From: Azolla caroliniana
Taxonomy: Eukaryota; Plantae; Polypodiophyta
Reading direction: 5' to 3'
NCBI GenBank assembly: GCA_043228905.1
Contig: JBHGNT010000014.1
Span: 682,001 to 746,000 of the forward strand
DNA length: 64,000 bases
The position numbers and the translations under genes are program-made. Below are positions 50,481 through 64,000 of this stretch, piece after piece. The notes under the pieces were generated by a model that was not told where the DNA came from, searched no databases, and saw only the letters and a program-made list of their open reading frames with translations. Every line of letters starts with the position of its first letter. Position 1 is the stretch's first letter.

Positions 50481-53400
50481 CTAGTCCGATCCGAGCGATT
50501 TGGTGAAGATATCAGCAACTGGCCGATCTGTCTGAACATACCGAAGGTTGACTTCACTGCTCAGGACCTGTTCATGCACGAAGTGATAGTGCACTTCTAT
50601 GTGCTTTGTCCGAGCATGGAACACGGGGTTCTTGGCGAGCTGAATGCTGCTCATGTTGTCGCAGTAGATTAGGATCGCGATCGGCACCTCGATCCGAAGA
50701 TCTCGCAGCAGTCGTCGAAGCTAGATAGCTTCACAGATGGCATTGGTAGCACCCCGGTATTCAGCCTCAGTGCTCGATAGAGCCACTATTGGCTGCTTCT
50801 TACTGCTCCACGCAACAGTCGCGCTACCTAGAGAAAACATGTAACCGGAGGTGGATCGACGATTTGATGCATCACCGGCCTAGTCGGCATCTGTATACCC
50901 GACTAGCTCTTGAGCTATACCATGCCGGTATAACAGTCCCCGGTCCCTCGTGTCGCTAACATACCGGAGTATTCGGTGTGCGCACTGAAGGTGCTCGACG
51001 ATCGGCGTCTACATGAATTGGCTGATCACACCGACTGGATAACTGATGTCGGGTCGGGTGATTGTCAAGTATATCAGGCTTCCGACTATTTGTCGGAACC
51101 GTTTCTCATCGCAGGCCGGTCCGGAGTTGGGACAGAGCTTTTGGTTCCGGTCCATGGGTGTGGAGACAGGTTGGCATTTCGTCATGCCGAACTTGTACAT
51201 CATATTCAACACATAATGTAGTTGTGAGAGCAATATGCCGTCGGGGGTTCGAATCACCTCGATCCCAAGAAAATAATGAAGGTCCCCCAGGTCCTTCATA
51301 TCAAATGCGTCCGATAGTTGGGCCTTGACACAACCAATTTCATTGAGTTTGGGCCTGATGGTGACTAAATCATCTACATAAAGTAAGATGCAAACCGGAC
51401 CGTTCGAACCTTGCCAGGTGGACAACGATGAGTCGGATTTAGAGGTTACAAACCCCATCTTACGCAACCGGTGCATGATCTTTGCATTTCAAGCTCGGGG
51501 GGCTTGTTTCAGATCGTAAAGCGACTTCTTAAGTCAGCACACCGCCGACTTGTTCATCTCCCACTAAAAACCGGGAGGTTGGATCATATAGACCTGTTCT
51601 TCAAGGTCACCTTGAAGAAACACATTCTTCACGTCCATTTGGTGAAGATGCCACCCCCTTGCTGCAACAACCGCTACTACCACACGAACCGTCGTCATCT
51701 TCGCTACCGGAGCGAAGGTCTCGTCGTAGTCGATTTTGTGGGTATGTGCGTATCCCTTCACCACTAACCGGGCCTTGTACCGGTTAACCGAACCATCGGC
51801 ATTGTACTTTACCTTGTACACCCATTTGCAACCAATCGGTTTACAGTGTCGGGGAGGGTCAACGAGGTCCCATGTGTCGTTGGCATCTAGTGCCCGCATT
51901 TCTTCCTCCATATTGGCATGCCAATTTGCGTCCTTTGCCGGTTTTGCGTAGCTCTCTGGCTCACGCACTTCCGCCACCTTAGTCATGAACGCATAATGAT
52001 GCACCATGTACTCATTGTACCCGTACCGCGTAACGGGGTTCTTATGGCGGGAAGACCGAGTAACTTGTCATCACCCGGTTTGGGGCCCTTCTTGGCCGGT
52101 TCAGACTTCGTTCCCGAAGATCTGCCTTCATCCTTTCCGGAGTTGGATTCACTCCGATTTGACTCAACTTCGCCGGTTTTGTATTCCGACAGTTTCTGCT
52201 TCCCTTTCTCTTTGCGCGTGTACCGTCTCCTTAGTTCCTTGCGTGGGGAGAGCACGACAGAGTCTCCACTATTTGCCGGTTCCTCATCCGACTGGTCACT
52301 TTGACCCAGTCGTTCGTTCGGTCCGCTCAACCGAAATGATTCTGAACTCTCTTCTAGAGTCTCAAGCTCATCATCTTCTATCTGGACCGGTTCAAGCTCA
52401 TTGGCCGCATCCTCCGGAATTGGGTCTTCGTCGATTTCGTGGGTCTGTGCGTATGCCTTCGCCACTAACAGGGCCTTGTACCGGTTAACTGAACCATCGA
52501 CATTGTACTTTACCTTGTACACCCATTTGAAACCGATCGGTTTACAGTGTCGGGGAGGGTCAACGAGGTCCCATGGGTCGTTGGCATCTAATGCCCGCAT
52601 TTTTTCCTCCATACTGGCACGCCAATTTGCATCCTTTGCTGCTTCTGCGTAGCTCTCCGGCTCACGCACTTCCGCCACCTTAGTCATGAACGCATAATGA
52701 TGCACCATGTACTCATTGTACCCGTGCGCGTAACGGGGTTCTTCTGGCGGGAAGACCGGCGTAACTTGTCATCACCCGGTTTGGGGCCCTTCTTGGCCGG
52801 TTCAGACTTCATTCCCGAAGATCCGCCTTCATCCTTTCCGGAGTCAGATTCACTCCAATCCAACTCAATGTCGCCGGTTTCGTATTCCGATAGTTTCTGC
52901 TTCCCTTTCTCTTTGCGCGTGAACCGTCTCCTCAGTTCCTTGCGTGGGGAGAGCATGACAGAGTCTCCACTATTTGCCGATTCCTCATCCGACTGGTCAC
53001 TTTGACCCAGTCGTTCATTTGGTCCGCTCAACCGAAACGATTCCGAACTCTCTTCTGGAGTCTCAAGCTCATCATCTTCTATCTGGACCGGTTCAGGCTC
53101 ACTGGCCTCATCCTCCGGAATCGGGTCTTCATCGGGAGTTGGAGTTGGTAAGGAGTACCATGATGCCGTCTCATCAAACTTGACATCTTGGCTTACTCGG
53201 ACCTGCTTAGTCTAGGGGTTATAACACTTATACCCCTTTTGCTCATGCGAGTAACCGACTAGGATGCACTTGTCTGACTTCGGATCCAACTTCCTCCGCT
53301 TCTCATCCGGTACATGCACATATGCTATGCTACAAAATATCCGAAGGTGTCTCAAATTCGGCTTTCGCCCGAAATACAACTCATGTGCTGACACCTTGTC

Positions 53401-55430
53401 ACCGATCCGGTTTTGGATGTAGACGACTGTCCAGATCGCCTCAACCCAGTAGAAATGGGGCATACTCTTCTCCTCCAGCATTGCCCTTGCCACGTTGACA
53501 ATCGACCGGTTCTTTCTCTCGGCCACACCGTTTTGCTCTGGTCTGTATCTGTAGCTGAATTCTATTTTGCTACAGATAATTGTTGAATTGGCCGGAAAAG
53601 TATTCTTTTCCGCCATTCGACTGCAAGCACTTGACCTTCCTCTCCGTTTCCCGTTCAACTGAACTTTGCAAGTTCCGGAAACATTCGAAGACTTCGCTCT
53701 TTCGTTCGATGAGGTAGATCCATGTGTGCCGGTTGTAGTCGTCGATGAAGGAGATGAAATACCGACTCCCGCCAAGACTAACATTTTGTGCCGGTCCCCA
53801 TACATCCGAATGGATTAGATCGAGCTTGTTATGGGTCCGGTTTCGTTCGGTGGGGAATGGAAGCCGGTGTTGGTTCCCAAGTTGGCAGGCTTCACATATT
53901 TGGGCCTTCTGGCCACTGAATTTCGGCAATCCAAACACAACTTGTTTCGATTGCAGGACTTGAAGCCTCCGGTAATTGATGTGGCCGATCTGCTTGTGCC
54001 ACCGATCAATGTCCGACTCGACCTTCTGCCCTTTTGCAAACATAGCGGTGCCGACGTCATTAGTGTTGAGGATGAACATCCTCCCTTCACTGCGCCCTTG
54101 CGCTATTATCCGGCCTTCTTCTTCGATGAAGCACCTGAGGTGCGTAAACCGCACCTGCATCCCTTGGTCGACGATTTGTCCAACCGACACTAGGTTCTTT
54201 GTGATAGTTGGAACGTATAATACATTCATCAGCTTCCCCTTTTATCTGACATAGCTTAAAGGAACTTCTCCGACATGCACAATCGGGTGAGGGGTGTCAT
54301 ATCCGGTTTCGACAATCCCCGGTTGTTCCCGTTTCTCCAAAAAAGAGAACCACTCTTTATGGCTCGTCATGTGATTGGACACTCCGGAATCAACGTACCA
54401 TACTTCCTCCAATTTGGAAGTAGTCTTCTTCATCGAGTTGGCCTGTCCTCCATCGAGAAGGTTGGCCCTTTACTAGTTTTCCTAGTTCCGATCCTTCCGC
54501 GTAGTGCGAGCTTTGCCGGTTTTTCCGACCGGCCTTGCCGGATCCGGATTTGTCCGAATCGGCGCGCTTCTTCCAACACTCGCTTTCCCTGTGGCCCTTT
54601 TTGCCACAGTACCAGCATTCCGTGTCAGCTTTTCCTTACCGGTTCCCGACGCCACTTTGACTCCCCCTTGCTTGTGGAGGGTCCGGAACTGTTGTTCGCA
54701 CTACCTCTGTGCCTTCAGTTTTGCTCTTGCCGGCTACCTCCACTGTGTGCCGACCCACCTTGTCCACCATGTCCATGGGGCCGGTCTGTCTCCATGTATA
54801 GCATCTGTCCGTCCGATGGAGTGGTCCTCGACCCACTCACGTGGTTTTCTTCTACCATCAACATTGATTGTAAGTCGAAGAAGGACAGTGGCTTCTCCCG
54901 CGTGCAGATCGCCGTCCGGATTGGTCCGTACCAGACGGTGGTTTCTCTCGGGTGTAGATTGTTGTCCGGATTGACCTGTACCTTTGCGCTAGACCACCGA
55001 GGAAGATTTGTACCATCTCATCTTCGTCCACCGTCATGTTGATGGTGTAATCCGTAACCGACATGTCTCTTTTCCGGATGTTGTTCAGCTCTTGCCGGAG
55101 CTGCAACTTACGGGCCGTGGTACTCGCGGCAAAAATCTTTCGTAGATTTTCCCAGGCCTCCTTCGACGTCTTTGCATCCTTGATGTAGTTGAGCATCTGA
55201 TCATGCACACCGGACACGAGACAATACAATACCCGATTCGCTCCTTGCTCCCATATTGGGAAGTCACTGTGTGTCTGCTCCGGTGCTACCTCGTTCGCTC
55301 CTTCCACGAAGCTCCAATATCCATGCCCTAGCAAGTACTGTTGCATTTTATATGACTAGGGCACATAGTTACTCCGGTCGAGCTTCTCTGTTGGAAGTGA
55401 ACTTACCATTCCTCTGTCCATGTCTTCTCT
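50481..55430 (-). pseudogene. Copia gag-pol, disrupted
   Basis: Gag (WEQGANRVLY, KLQLRQEL), protease (WYVDSGVSNHM), GAG-pre-integrase/IN (WHKQIGH, CEAC, HSDVWG), RT and RH, with many stops, frameshifts and deletions. Confidence 0.92.
51730..53131. repeat. 701-bp direct tandem duplication inside copia pol
   Basis: Identical motifs offset by 701 nt, e.g. TAGTCATGAACGCATAATG at 51980 and 52681. The junction reads THEID|EDPIPED. Confidence 0.92.
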
Positions 55431-55503
55431 CTGTCTATTGTTGCCGGGTTCTAGGGTTCGTTTACGAAAGCAAGAGTCGACTGCAGAGGTTCTCAACCCT
55501 CGT

Positions 55504-55515
55504 GCTTTGATACCA
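55504..55515 (-). other. Primer binding site, tRNA-iMet
   Basis: TGGTATCAAAGC directly after the 5' LTR (canonical TGGTATCAGAGC). Confidence 0.9.
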
Positions 55516-55907
55516 TGTCAAAGTTAACGTGCGGAAGCGTTAGACAAAACCGACTCAGCCGGATAGCAACAAAGAATAAGATGAAGGTTTAATGGAGAAG
55601 CTTAACACAGAGAGTATATACAGGAGAGACAGAGAGATCAGAACATAAACTCAATTCAAAATTAACTCTAAAACTCTGTACATACAACGTGCTAAACAAC
55701 ATTATTTATATAAGTCCATAAAGGACTGACAGAAGTACTCACAGGTACTTCAATATTCCTACGTGCGATTGACACTGACTACAAGACAATGATTACCTAG
55801 GCGTCTAGGCTACTACTTGGCTTCCGGTTCCCGCTCGAATCTGGCTCTCTGATCCGGTTCAAGCTTATTCAGCCGATCCGGATCCGGTTGAGCTTTCTCA
55901 CTCAACT
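55516..55907 (-). repeat. 5' LTR of copia element 2 (392 bp)
   Basis: Homologous to 38691-39146 but ~64 bp shorter. The terminal base is altered (TCAACT) and the AAAGG TSD follows. Confidence 0.92.
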
Positions 55908-56661
55908 AAAGGGACTACCAAAGGTAACCTACCACTATTGCCCCTAAAGAAATGCCTTCATATGGAATGGATGATAAGTTTGTCAGCTTGTGTCCAACAG
56001 TAAGTTTGTCATCTTGTGTCCAACACTCAATGCTACCATCATATAAAAAGAGTAAGATTTCATGTAAGAGATTTTCATGAATTGAAGCCAAATACTTTTA
56101 CCTATTTCTAATCTTATCTTAAATAAAGTTATGAAGATGTCATTGATGTGCATCTATAAGTATTGATTTTTCGATATCAAACTACCAATCTTTTCATGTT
56201 CATCTACAATTGCCCTTAGAACAAAGGCCACAAGGATAGACAAAGAAAATAAAGACTGTCAAATATGATCATTAATATCCAACCAATCAATAATAGACAC
56301 ACAAATATGTAGAGAGTTTAACGAGGACAAGTAGTTAGGATAGTATTATTGAATGTCAGTTTTTATGGTGGAAACACGATTATATAGAGAAACTAACTAG
56401 AACAAGCAACTAAGCTAACATTACATGATGTAACTCTTTAATGTATATGGGGCCCTAAGTGTGTGTTAGGGTAAAGGTTGGGACTATGTCGCTTCCATGT
56501 ACCTCATGAAACGTATTTATAGATCGATGGATTTTTGCCTCCCGTTGCTGTTGTTAGCCTTGATTCCAAACCGACATATACCCTTTTAATGGCAAATTGG
56601 CGAAAGTGGTTGTCAAGCACTTTTGAGATACTAGCTTGCTTAATGTTTACCTATTAGTTCT

Positions 56662-56665
<4 letters not shown>

Positions 56666-56703
<38 letters not shown>
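56666..56703. repeat. (TC)n microsatellite
   Basis: Read directly from the sequence. Confidence 0.9.
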
Positions 56704-56705
<2 letters not shown>

Positions 56706-57639
56706 TGCTTTACTCTCTCTTACACAAAGAAGCTATTATTATTAACACCACTTCTTAATACAAAGAGGAATATTAGGGTTCAACTTACTTAACTCTTAAC
56801 CTTAATCTCTCTTAACTCTAATGAAGGATTAAGGAGATAGAAGAGGAGCTCCTAGTGCACTAATAGAAAAGGAGAAACCCTAGGAATCAAGAAGAGGCTC
56901 CCTTTCATGCTAGGTTGCCCATTGGGCTACATTGTTTCCTTTTTGGTCTGTTTTATCCCCCTTTTTAACTAAGGTTGGTTGAGCTTAGTGTCTCTTGTTG
57001 GTGCCATAATCTCAATAGTCGGTGTGTTGAGTGTCTGATACTTCACAAGGATTTTGATATAAGGTTTCATTCGATCACACGGAAAAACACAATGGTGATT
57101 GAGTGGAAGAGTTCATTAAAGAGGTGTTAGGTCAATTCCAAGTCATGAGATCATCCATTTTCGCACAAGTCCATTTGACTCCCTCTTCAGACTTTGTCAA
57201 TGGTACTATTCTCCTTTTTCTCTTTGAAGTCTTGAAACTCCAATATGTAGCTAAATCTATTCTCCACCTTTTATGGCAAAGAGGTTCATAGTGATGATTC
57301 ATAGAAGAAAAAGATAATTTTACTTATTGTTGCAATGTTGTTCCTCAAATCACTACATTTCCTTTCATTTTCTTCATCAATTTCGTAGAAGGAGCTTCAT
57401 TGCTTCATACCATTTTGTTAAATGTATTGAGAAAATTAGTATCTAGGTTGTAATTTTTGTTTATAGTATTAAACATATTAGTGTTTGGGTGGGCAAAGAG
57501 ATAACAAAGGGAGAGGGAAAGTGTCAAGGACATGTCAATGTGTCGTGATAGAAAGAGGGGAGGCGATTTACACCAAATTGGCATGGGATCCAATTGACTA
57601 TCTACGGATAAACACATTGATTGGTAATAACTTCAAATT

Positions 57640-59190
57640 TTTCCAATATTCTGTGTAGTTAGGCTAACATATTTTGTTTGTTGCATGGGATGTTTTACCA
57701 ACTGCATTTTAATACTAGAGTCAACAAGGTATTGCTCCAACGTTTCTTAAGTTTTGGGGTAAGCTATAGGAAAGAAAACAATCATGACAAATACTTAACT
57801 TGTGGTGGTTACTTGTGCATCGAGCCTTGCTTGTTAGCACATGGTTGCACAAGATGAGTGTATCCTCTAATTGTGCTCATCGTTATTTGCAAGTTGAATC
57901 ACAAAAACATTGTCTACGGGACTTCCTTGAGTCACAATTGGTATGGAAACGTCTCTTAAGAATATTTGCGAATTACTTTCGCCCATCATTATTCACACGG
58001 GGCATGGTGGTTTGGACATCACTTGTCTGCTCAGTTTTTCATTATGATGTTGAGTCTATGGACCATGGTTTTGGCATCAATTATGGAATAGTTCATGTAC
58101 TTCGTTTAATGTTCATGTAGTTTTTCGGAAGAAGGGAGGAGATGCAACCATTATGGGAGTTATTGAGTAGTATTACTATATACTACATCTGGAAGGCTTG
58201 TTTCTCTCACATTTTTGGGAGCCCTACTCATGCTTTTGGGAGCCCAATGAGCCCGACTCACTGGCTAAGGAGCCTGCAGAGGCCGACTCACTCGTATGGG
58301 AGTCCGAGGAGCCCCATTCAAATCTAAGGAAGGAGCCTTGCTCATTATTTTGGCTTACTATAAAAATCCTTCAAACCTTGATGCCTGTCATTTTCATCGA
58401 TGGTTCAAACAAAGCGTCAGGGCCTTAGGAATTGTTCCATGCATTGCATGATGGTTGTTGAAGACTAGATCTAGCAGTCTTCGTGATTGAGGGTGAATTG
58501 CATTCGTTGTGCAGAACAAGGGAGATGGCATCCACGTGGATGATGCCCTTCTTCCACATGTGGATGGACTACTCTGTCCCCCTTGAGATCAGTGAGCGAT
58601 TTCATATTGTCCATCCATTTTGGGTACAACTGGTAGGGAAAAGTGATAAGGGGGAAGATATCCTCATTCGGGTACCTGAATGGGAATATGTCTTCATTTC
58701 AATGGGTGCTTTGGATGTACTCGCGATCATGTTATACCAGTGTAGGGGCCAAGAAGGTGAGGAGCCCAATAGTCTATTGCGACCCATTGAATAATCCGTC
58801 GACGGTCATCAGCAATGAGGGGCATCATGTATTGCATATCCCGACCAAACCCAATGGAAAAGATTGTGGGTTTGATGTGATTCTTACTATTTAGATGATG
58901 GTTGAGGAGTTCATTCAGGGATTTGATTCGGTAGATTTTGTAAGTATGGCCCAAGTATTGAATAATGGAAATTTGTTTTTGTAAGAGCTATAGTGAATGT
59001 GTGCATTGGTGTAGGGTAAGGAGCAATGGTTCGGAATCGAAGACGTGGAGCTCCTTCGGAAAATGCGATGAAATGGGCACGCCGGATTCAGGGCTTTCCC
59101 ATATATTAATCGTCCAAGGTTGTACTTTGTAACATCAAATATATGATATCGGTGTATTATGAAGCTTTTTTTGGATCAGTTTTTTGTAAC
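57640..59190 (+). mobile_element. Degenerate LINE 3' fragment (zf-RVT region)
   Basis: WLLVHRALLVSTWL...C...VESQKHCL...VWKR and LWELLSSITIYYIWKA; similar in type to 4400-5100. Interrupted by short GAGCCC/GACTCA repeats at 58211-58345. Confidence 0.6.
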
Positions 59191-59193
59191 AAG

Positions 59194-59617
59194 TGTTAGA
59201 ACCAAGAGAAAAGATAGAGTGACAGAAGAAAGATATAAAGAGATCACAAGAAGAGAGGAATGAAATAATAAGGGAAGAATGAATGTATTAAGATAGAATG
59301 AGAATGGATACAAGATAGGTAATGAGACCTTAAGACTGGTGTTGATTCGAATTGATTTAAGAATACATGTATGTCTGTATTTATAGGTTCCTATAGAATA
59401 GCTTAGAGATTTCTATAATGTTCTAGAATGTTCTAGACCTAGAATATTCTAAGATGTTCTGGGACATTCCAAAACATTCTTGAATGATCTCGAGTTTTTA
59501 CAATAATCAATATATTACAAAAGTAGCTTTTATCCTCTCATATGACAATGAGCTATCTTAATGGTTGGTTTTCAGTTATGGATTACAAGGTCCTAATTTG
59601 GTCATGTGTTCATGACA
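59194..59617 (-). repeat. 3' LTR of the chromovirus
   Basis: TGTTAGA...CATGACA, related to 11946-12875. The PPT is eroded. Confidence 0.75.
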
Positions 59618-62600
59618 CCTTCGAGAATGATGAGTGGAAGTTGGCATTAACATTTTAGGGCTGGGTTTGTTTGGACAGTGTCGATGGAAGTCGTCGACAA
59701 GAGCTTGAGCATTACAAATGTTATCAACAGGTTCCCAAGTGCGATCACTCGAACGATAGCCAAGCCAATATAAACTAGATAATAGAGCTTATTGTGCACA
59801 ATCTTAGAATCGAGAATAGCGGCTACCTCGTATTTTGGGCCATCAACAAGTTGGATAGAAGGCAAAGGTGGCACGACACGATTAGGAATTAAAGAGGTGC
59901 GGCAAGGTTCCAAAAGAGAACTATGAAAGATTGGGTGAAGCCGCATGTGTGTAGGAAGGTTAAGATGAAATGTTGCATCATTAATCCGTGATGTGATGAG
60001 AAAAGGACCTAAGCGTTGATAATCGAGCTTAGCACACGGTCGAGTAGTCTTGATGTAACGACGAAGCAACCATACTCGGTCACCAACCTTAAGAGGAGAC
60101 TTAAGACGATAGTGATTTGCATTGGTCTTGTGGTGTACTTGAGCTTTCTGAAGATGTGAAGATAACTCGAACTGGATTTGTTGTAGTCGGTGGAGGTGAT
60201 GCGCCGCACTATGTTGTCGTGATACCTCGAGAAGATTCAGGATACACCATCGAGGGTGGTTGCTGGTGTAGGTAAAGAAAGGTGTAACTTTGGTAGAAGA
60301 GTGTACCGTGTTGTTGTATGCAAACTTGGCAAGATGTAAAATATTACTCCAATCATCTTGTTCATAACTGATGAAGCATCGGAGATAAGCCAAAGAGAGT
60401 TTGCTCGTCAGTTTGTTCGAGCGTTTGATTTGTTTGCTCTGTTTGTCCGTTAGTTTGTGAAGGATAAGCTGAAGAGAGTTTGCAAGAGATTTTGAGGCCT
60501 ACCCATAGGTGCTTCCAAAAGTGAGAAATAAATTGAGGACCATGATCATTAATTATATTGTTCGGAAGACCATGATGACGAAACACTGCACGCATAATGA
60601 AATCTGTGGTTTCTTGACTACTGATACTCTTTACACATGGAAAAAAATGGTCCATCTTGGTAAATTGATCCACAGTGACTACTGTTAAAATAGTATCAAA
60701 GCCTTCGGAAGGTGGTAGATCCGTAATGAAATTCATAGAAATAGATTGTCATGGCTTGTTGGGAGCCGATAATGGTTGTAGCAAGCCATAAGGATTATGC
60801 CTGGGTATTTTGGCACGACAACAGGTGTCACACGTGCAAATGTAATCTTTGACAAATTTTTACAAGTGAGGCCACCAAAACGAACCCTTCACCAGCTCAA
60901 TGGTCTTGGCAATACCAAAATGTCTAGCCATATGGGCAACATGACAGTGTTCTAAAACTTGAAGGCGGGGTGATCCATCAGGGACATAAAGGAGATTCTT
61001 GTAGAAGAGTAAGTCATCTTGCCACTTGAAGTCCTCATAGTGCTAAGATGACCCTTGCAATGTGGAGGAAGATGCATGGCTTGAACCAATGTGGGCTAAG
61101 ACATCCTAAGTTAGCTAAATCATCGGAGTGAAGTTGTTGTCGAATAGTATCAAGAAGGCTTGAATTGAGTGGTGTGGCATAAACTGTTGTTGGTTGTATC
61201 TTTGATGGTCCGAGAAGAATCTGTTGTTGATTGTCGAAGGCCGGATCTCCAGGTCAAAGTGCCAGATATGAATGCCGCGACAAAGCATCTACTTTCCCTT
61301 GTTGTTTTCCTAGGCGAAAAATGATCTTGAAATCGAAACGTGTTACAAATTGAGCCCACCAAGCTTGTCACCTATTTAACACTCGAGTTGTTTGAAAATA
61401 TGTAAGATTTTTGTGATCACTATAAATGATGATTTGATGGAGGCGATCCTTCTAAGAAATGTCACCATTGCTCGAAAGAGTCGACCACAACTAGTAACTC
61501 CTTGTCATACACCTCATAGTTTATCTCCGCAATAGTAAATTTTCTCGAGTGAAACACGACTGGATGGGATTGCCCATCCTCACCTGGTTGCGATAGGATA
61601 CTCCCCTGTGCGAAGTCTGATGCATCCACCTCAATGGTAAATGGATTTTCGGGATCAACATGAGCTAGGATAGGAGCTTATGTGAATGCCTCTTTCAGTT
61701 GAGTAAATGACTTGTCCGCTTCAATAGTCCAAACAAATGATTGATTTTTCTTGGTGAGTTGGGTGAGGGGCAACACAATGTTGAATAATTAAATTTGTGA
61801 TAGAAGTTGGCAAATCCGAGGATACATTGGACGTCTCGAACTGAACATGGGGGTTGCCATTCTAATATTGTTTAGACTTTTGTTGGATCCATAAAAATAC
61901 CCTTGGATGACATCGTGTATCCCAAAAAATCGACTTGTTTAGAATCAAAACTGCACGTCTCAAGTTTGGCATAAAGACCATACTTTCCTAGGCATTCAAA
62001 TACTTTCCGCACATGTATATCATGCTCCTCCTGTGTTTTAGAGTAAATCAACAGATCGTCTAAGTAGATGATGAGAAAGATATCCAAGAAATCCCAGAAA
62101 ATGTCATTTGCCATATGTTGAAAAATTGCGGGTGCATTTGTGAGCCCGAAAGGCATGACTGTATACTCGAAATGACCATACCGAGTGCGAAATGCAGTAT
62201 TCCACTCATCTCTCGGTCGAATTTGAACAAGATTATATGCACCCCTTAGATCAATTTTGGTAAAATGCTTTGCCCCACCAATGCCCTCTAAAAGACTGGA
62301 GATTAAAGGTAGAACATACCTATTTTTTATGGTGACTTTATTTAAGCCTCGATAGTCCACAACCAAACGCAGTGAGCCGTCCTTTTTCCTCACAAAAAAG
62401 ATAGGAGCACCAACTGGAGACTTTGAATGTAGAATAAACCCATGTGCAAGATTCTCCTCGATGTATTCTCAAAAAACCCCAAGCTCAGTTGGTGACAAAT
62501 TGTAGATCGGACCCCATCGTGGCTCTTTTCTTGGTTGGAGGTCAATGGGACTATCGTGCGACTGAGGCTTTGGAAGTATAGTAGCTTTAACTTTGTCGAA

Positions 62601-64000
62601 AACATCAACATATTCTTGATATTTTTGGGAATTTGAATGTTTGAATTCCCTTGATTGGCACTAGAAGTGTCACTGATACTAGAAATAAGAAAAGTTCCTC
62701 CTTTCCTCCCATTTGGCACAATTGTTGCAATGTGATCGTTGAAATTTGATGAAAAGGAGATGGTGCGTTGGTAGAACAACATTCTTTAAGAGAATAATCC
62801 TGGGTTCGATCCTTGGCAATGATGTTCTCTACTGAAGGGCACCAAATTTCTCGCTTGCTCCAATCAATTCTTGGGTTATGTATAGCTCGAACCATGGCAA
62901 ACCGAGGACAATTGGATGCTCGGGGCTACGGATTATGTTAAGGGAAACTACACATCCTAAATCACCTAAGAGTATTTGTATTGGCTCAGACTCTTCAAAT
63001 ATCTTCCTAGAAGCTATGAGACATCCATCAATCACTACTACGGAAACTGGACAAGGAAGTGTATTCAAGACATATTTGGTGTTTTTGGGCAAAATCTCTA
63101 TTCATGAAAAAAGAATTGGCTCTGGTATCTAAGAGAGCTTGGACCTGAAGTTGACAACTCGGTGTCCTAACTTGTACTTGGGCTGAGAAGACTCTACTAA
63201 CATGCTTGGAAGAAATGGAACCCACACTAGGTTGTACAAATCTAGGGTTTTCCAACCAAATGACTCCTATTTTGGCCAGACTTATTAGTTTGACTCCTCT
63301 TCTAATTGGTTTAGGACTTCAAACTTATTGGACAGGGGTGGATTATTTATAATATTAGAATCACTGACTACTAAAACGTTGGATTCATTTTTATTGTCAT
63401 AGTGAATTTGATTTACCTGACATCTCGGCTTGCCGGAGCAATGAATGGCTATATGTCGTGGACCTCCGCAATATAAGCACGGACAGTTTGCTCGACGTCA
63501 TTGCTTCTTTTTGTTCAACAACAATCCTCATCGTTGGGTCATATCGATCTCCATGGGTGTAGGACTATCCATTGGGATTGGACTATGTGTTTGCCTGGGA
63601 GTTGGAGCAGGGCTTTATGTTTGCCTTGGAGATGATTGCGTCATTACTAATGCATAAGTTGGTGTGAATCTTGATCTTGTTATTTGTTATTGTCGCTCAC
63701 ATCGATGCTCAAAAAGGTGATTATCACACCGTATTGCTCAACTAATAGCTTCTGTAAGTGATTTTGGATCCTCGCGGAAGGTAAGAAGTAAGTCTTTAAC
63801 ATCACTATGAAGGCCAGAATGAAATTGCTCCATTAGGGCTTGTTCATCCCAAGGAATATCGTTTGCGATGAGACAAAAATTGGGTGCATATGTCGATACT
63901 AGCTAATCACCTTGACGTAGTGTACGAATCTTTTTTATTGTTGTTCTTGCTCCATCTGTATCTCCGAAGCAAGCATTAACTTCTTTGACAAATTCCTCAA
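59194..64000 (-). mobile_element. Degenerate Tcn1-like chromovirus (Ty3/gypsy), 5' end outside window
   Basis: Gag (63450-64000), protease (LLDTRAN), RT (VDYRGLN, YLDDLL), RH, IN (SAYPSQTNGQTE), chromodomain (GPKYEVAAILDSK), 3' LTR. Confidence 0.93.

Larger units (their letters stand above)
38691..55907 (-). mobile_element. Full-length Ty1/copia element with nested insertions
   Basis: LTRs 55516-55907 (5') and 38691-39146 (3'); AAAGG TSD at 38686-38690 and 55908-55912; tRNA-Met PBS; PPT 39147-39157; gag-PR-IN-RT-RH fragments at 50481-55430. Confidence 0.96.

Overview
Eukaryotic nuclear DNA from a land plant. The transposon families (Tcn1-like chromoviruses, a Sola/DUF7869-like transposase) suggest a seed-free plant such as a bryophyte, lycophyte or fern; this is inference. 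A small gene island at about 21-34 kb holds three things: a 6-coding-exon CstF-64-like (ESP1-type, RRM-less) gene with a GC-AG intron, a possible small membrane-protein gene on the minus strand, and an intronless plastid arogenate dehydratase. Nested transposons flank the island. Left side: the 3' half of a Ty1/copia element, a degenerate L1-like LINE, a degenerate Sola/DUF7869-like DDD transposase next to a ~700-bp array of 37-bp palindromes, and Tcn1-like chromovirus relics. Right side: a full-length Ty1/copia element (38691-55907, AAAGG TSD) containing a 701-bp internal tandem duplication, a candidate solo LTR and a young 9.8-kb Ty3/gypsy element (39517-49338, CTCCC TSD, LTRs differ at 2 of 419 positions) that carries an extra ~890-codon ORF after pol. 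LINE and chromovirus relics follow. Most notable: the palindrome array beside the Sola-like transposase, the extra gypsy ORF, the double PPT and Pol tail extension shared by both copia elements, and tRNA-like A/B-box cassettes in chromovirus LTRs. All calls come from manual reading; no database searches were run.
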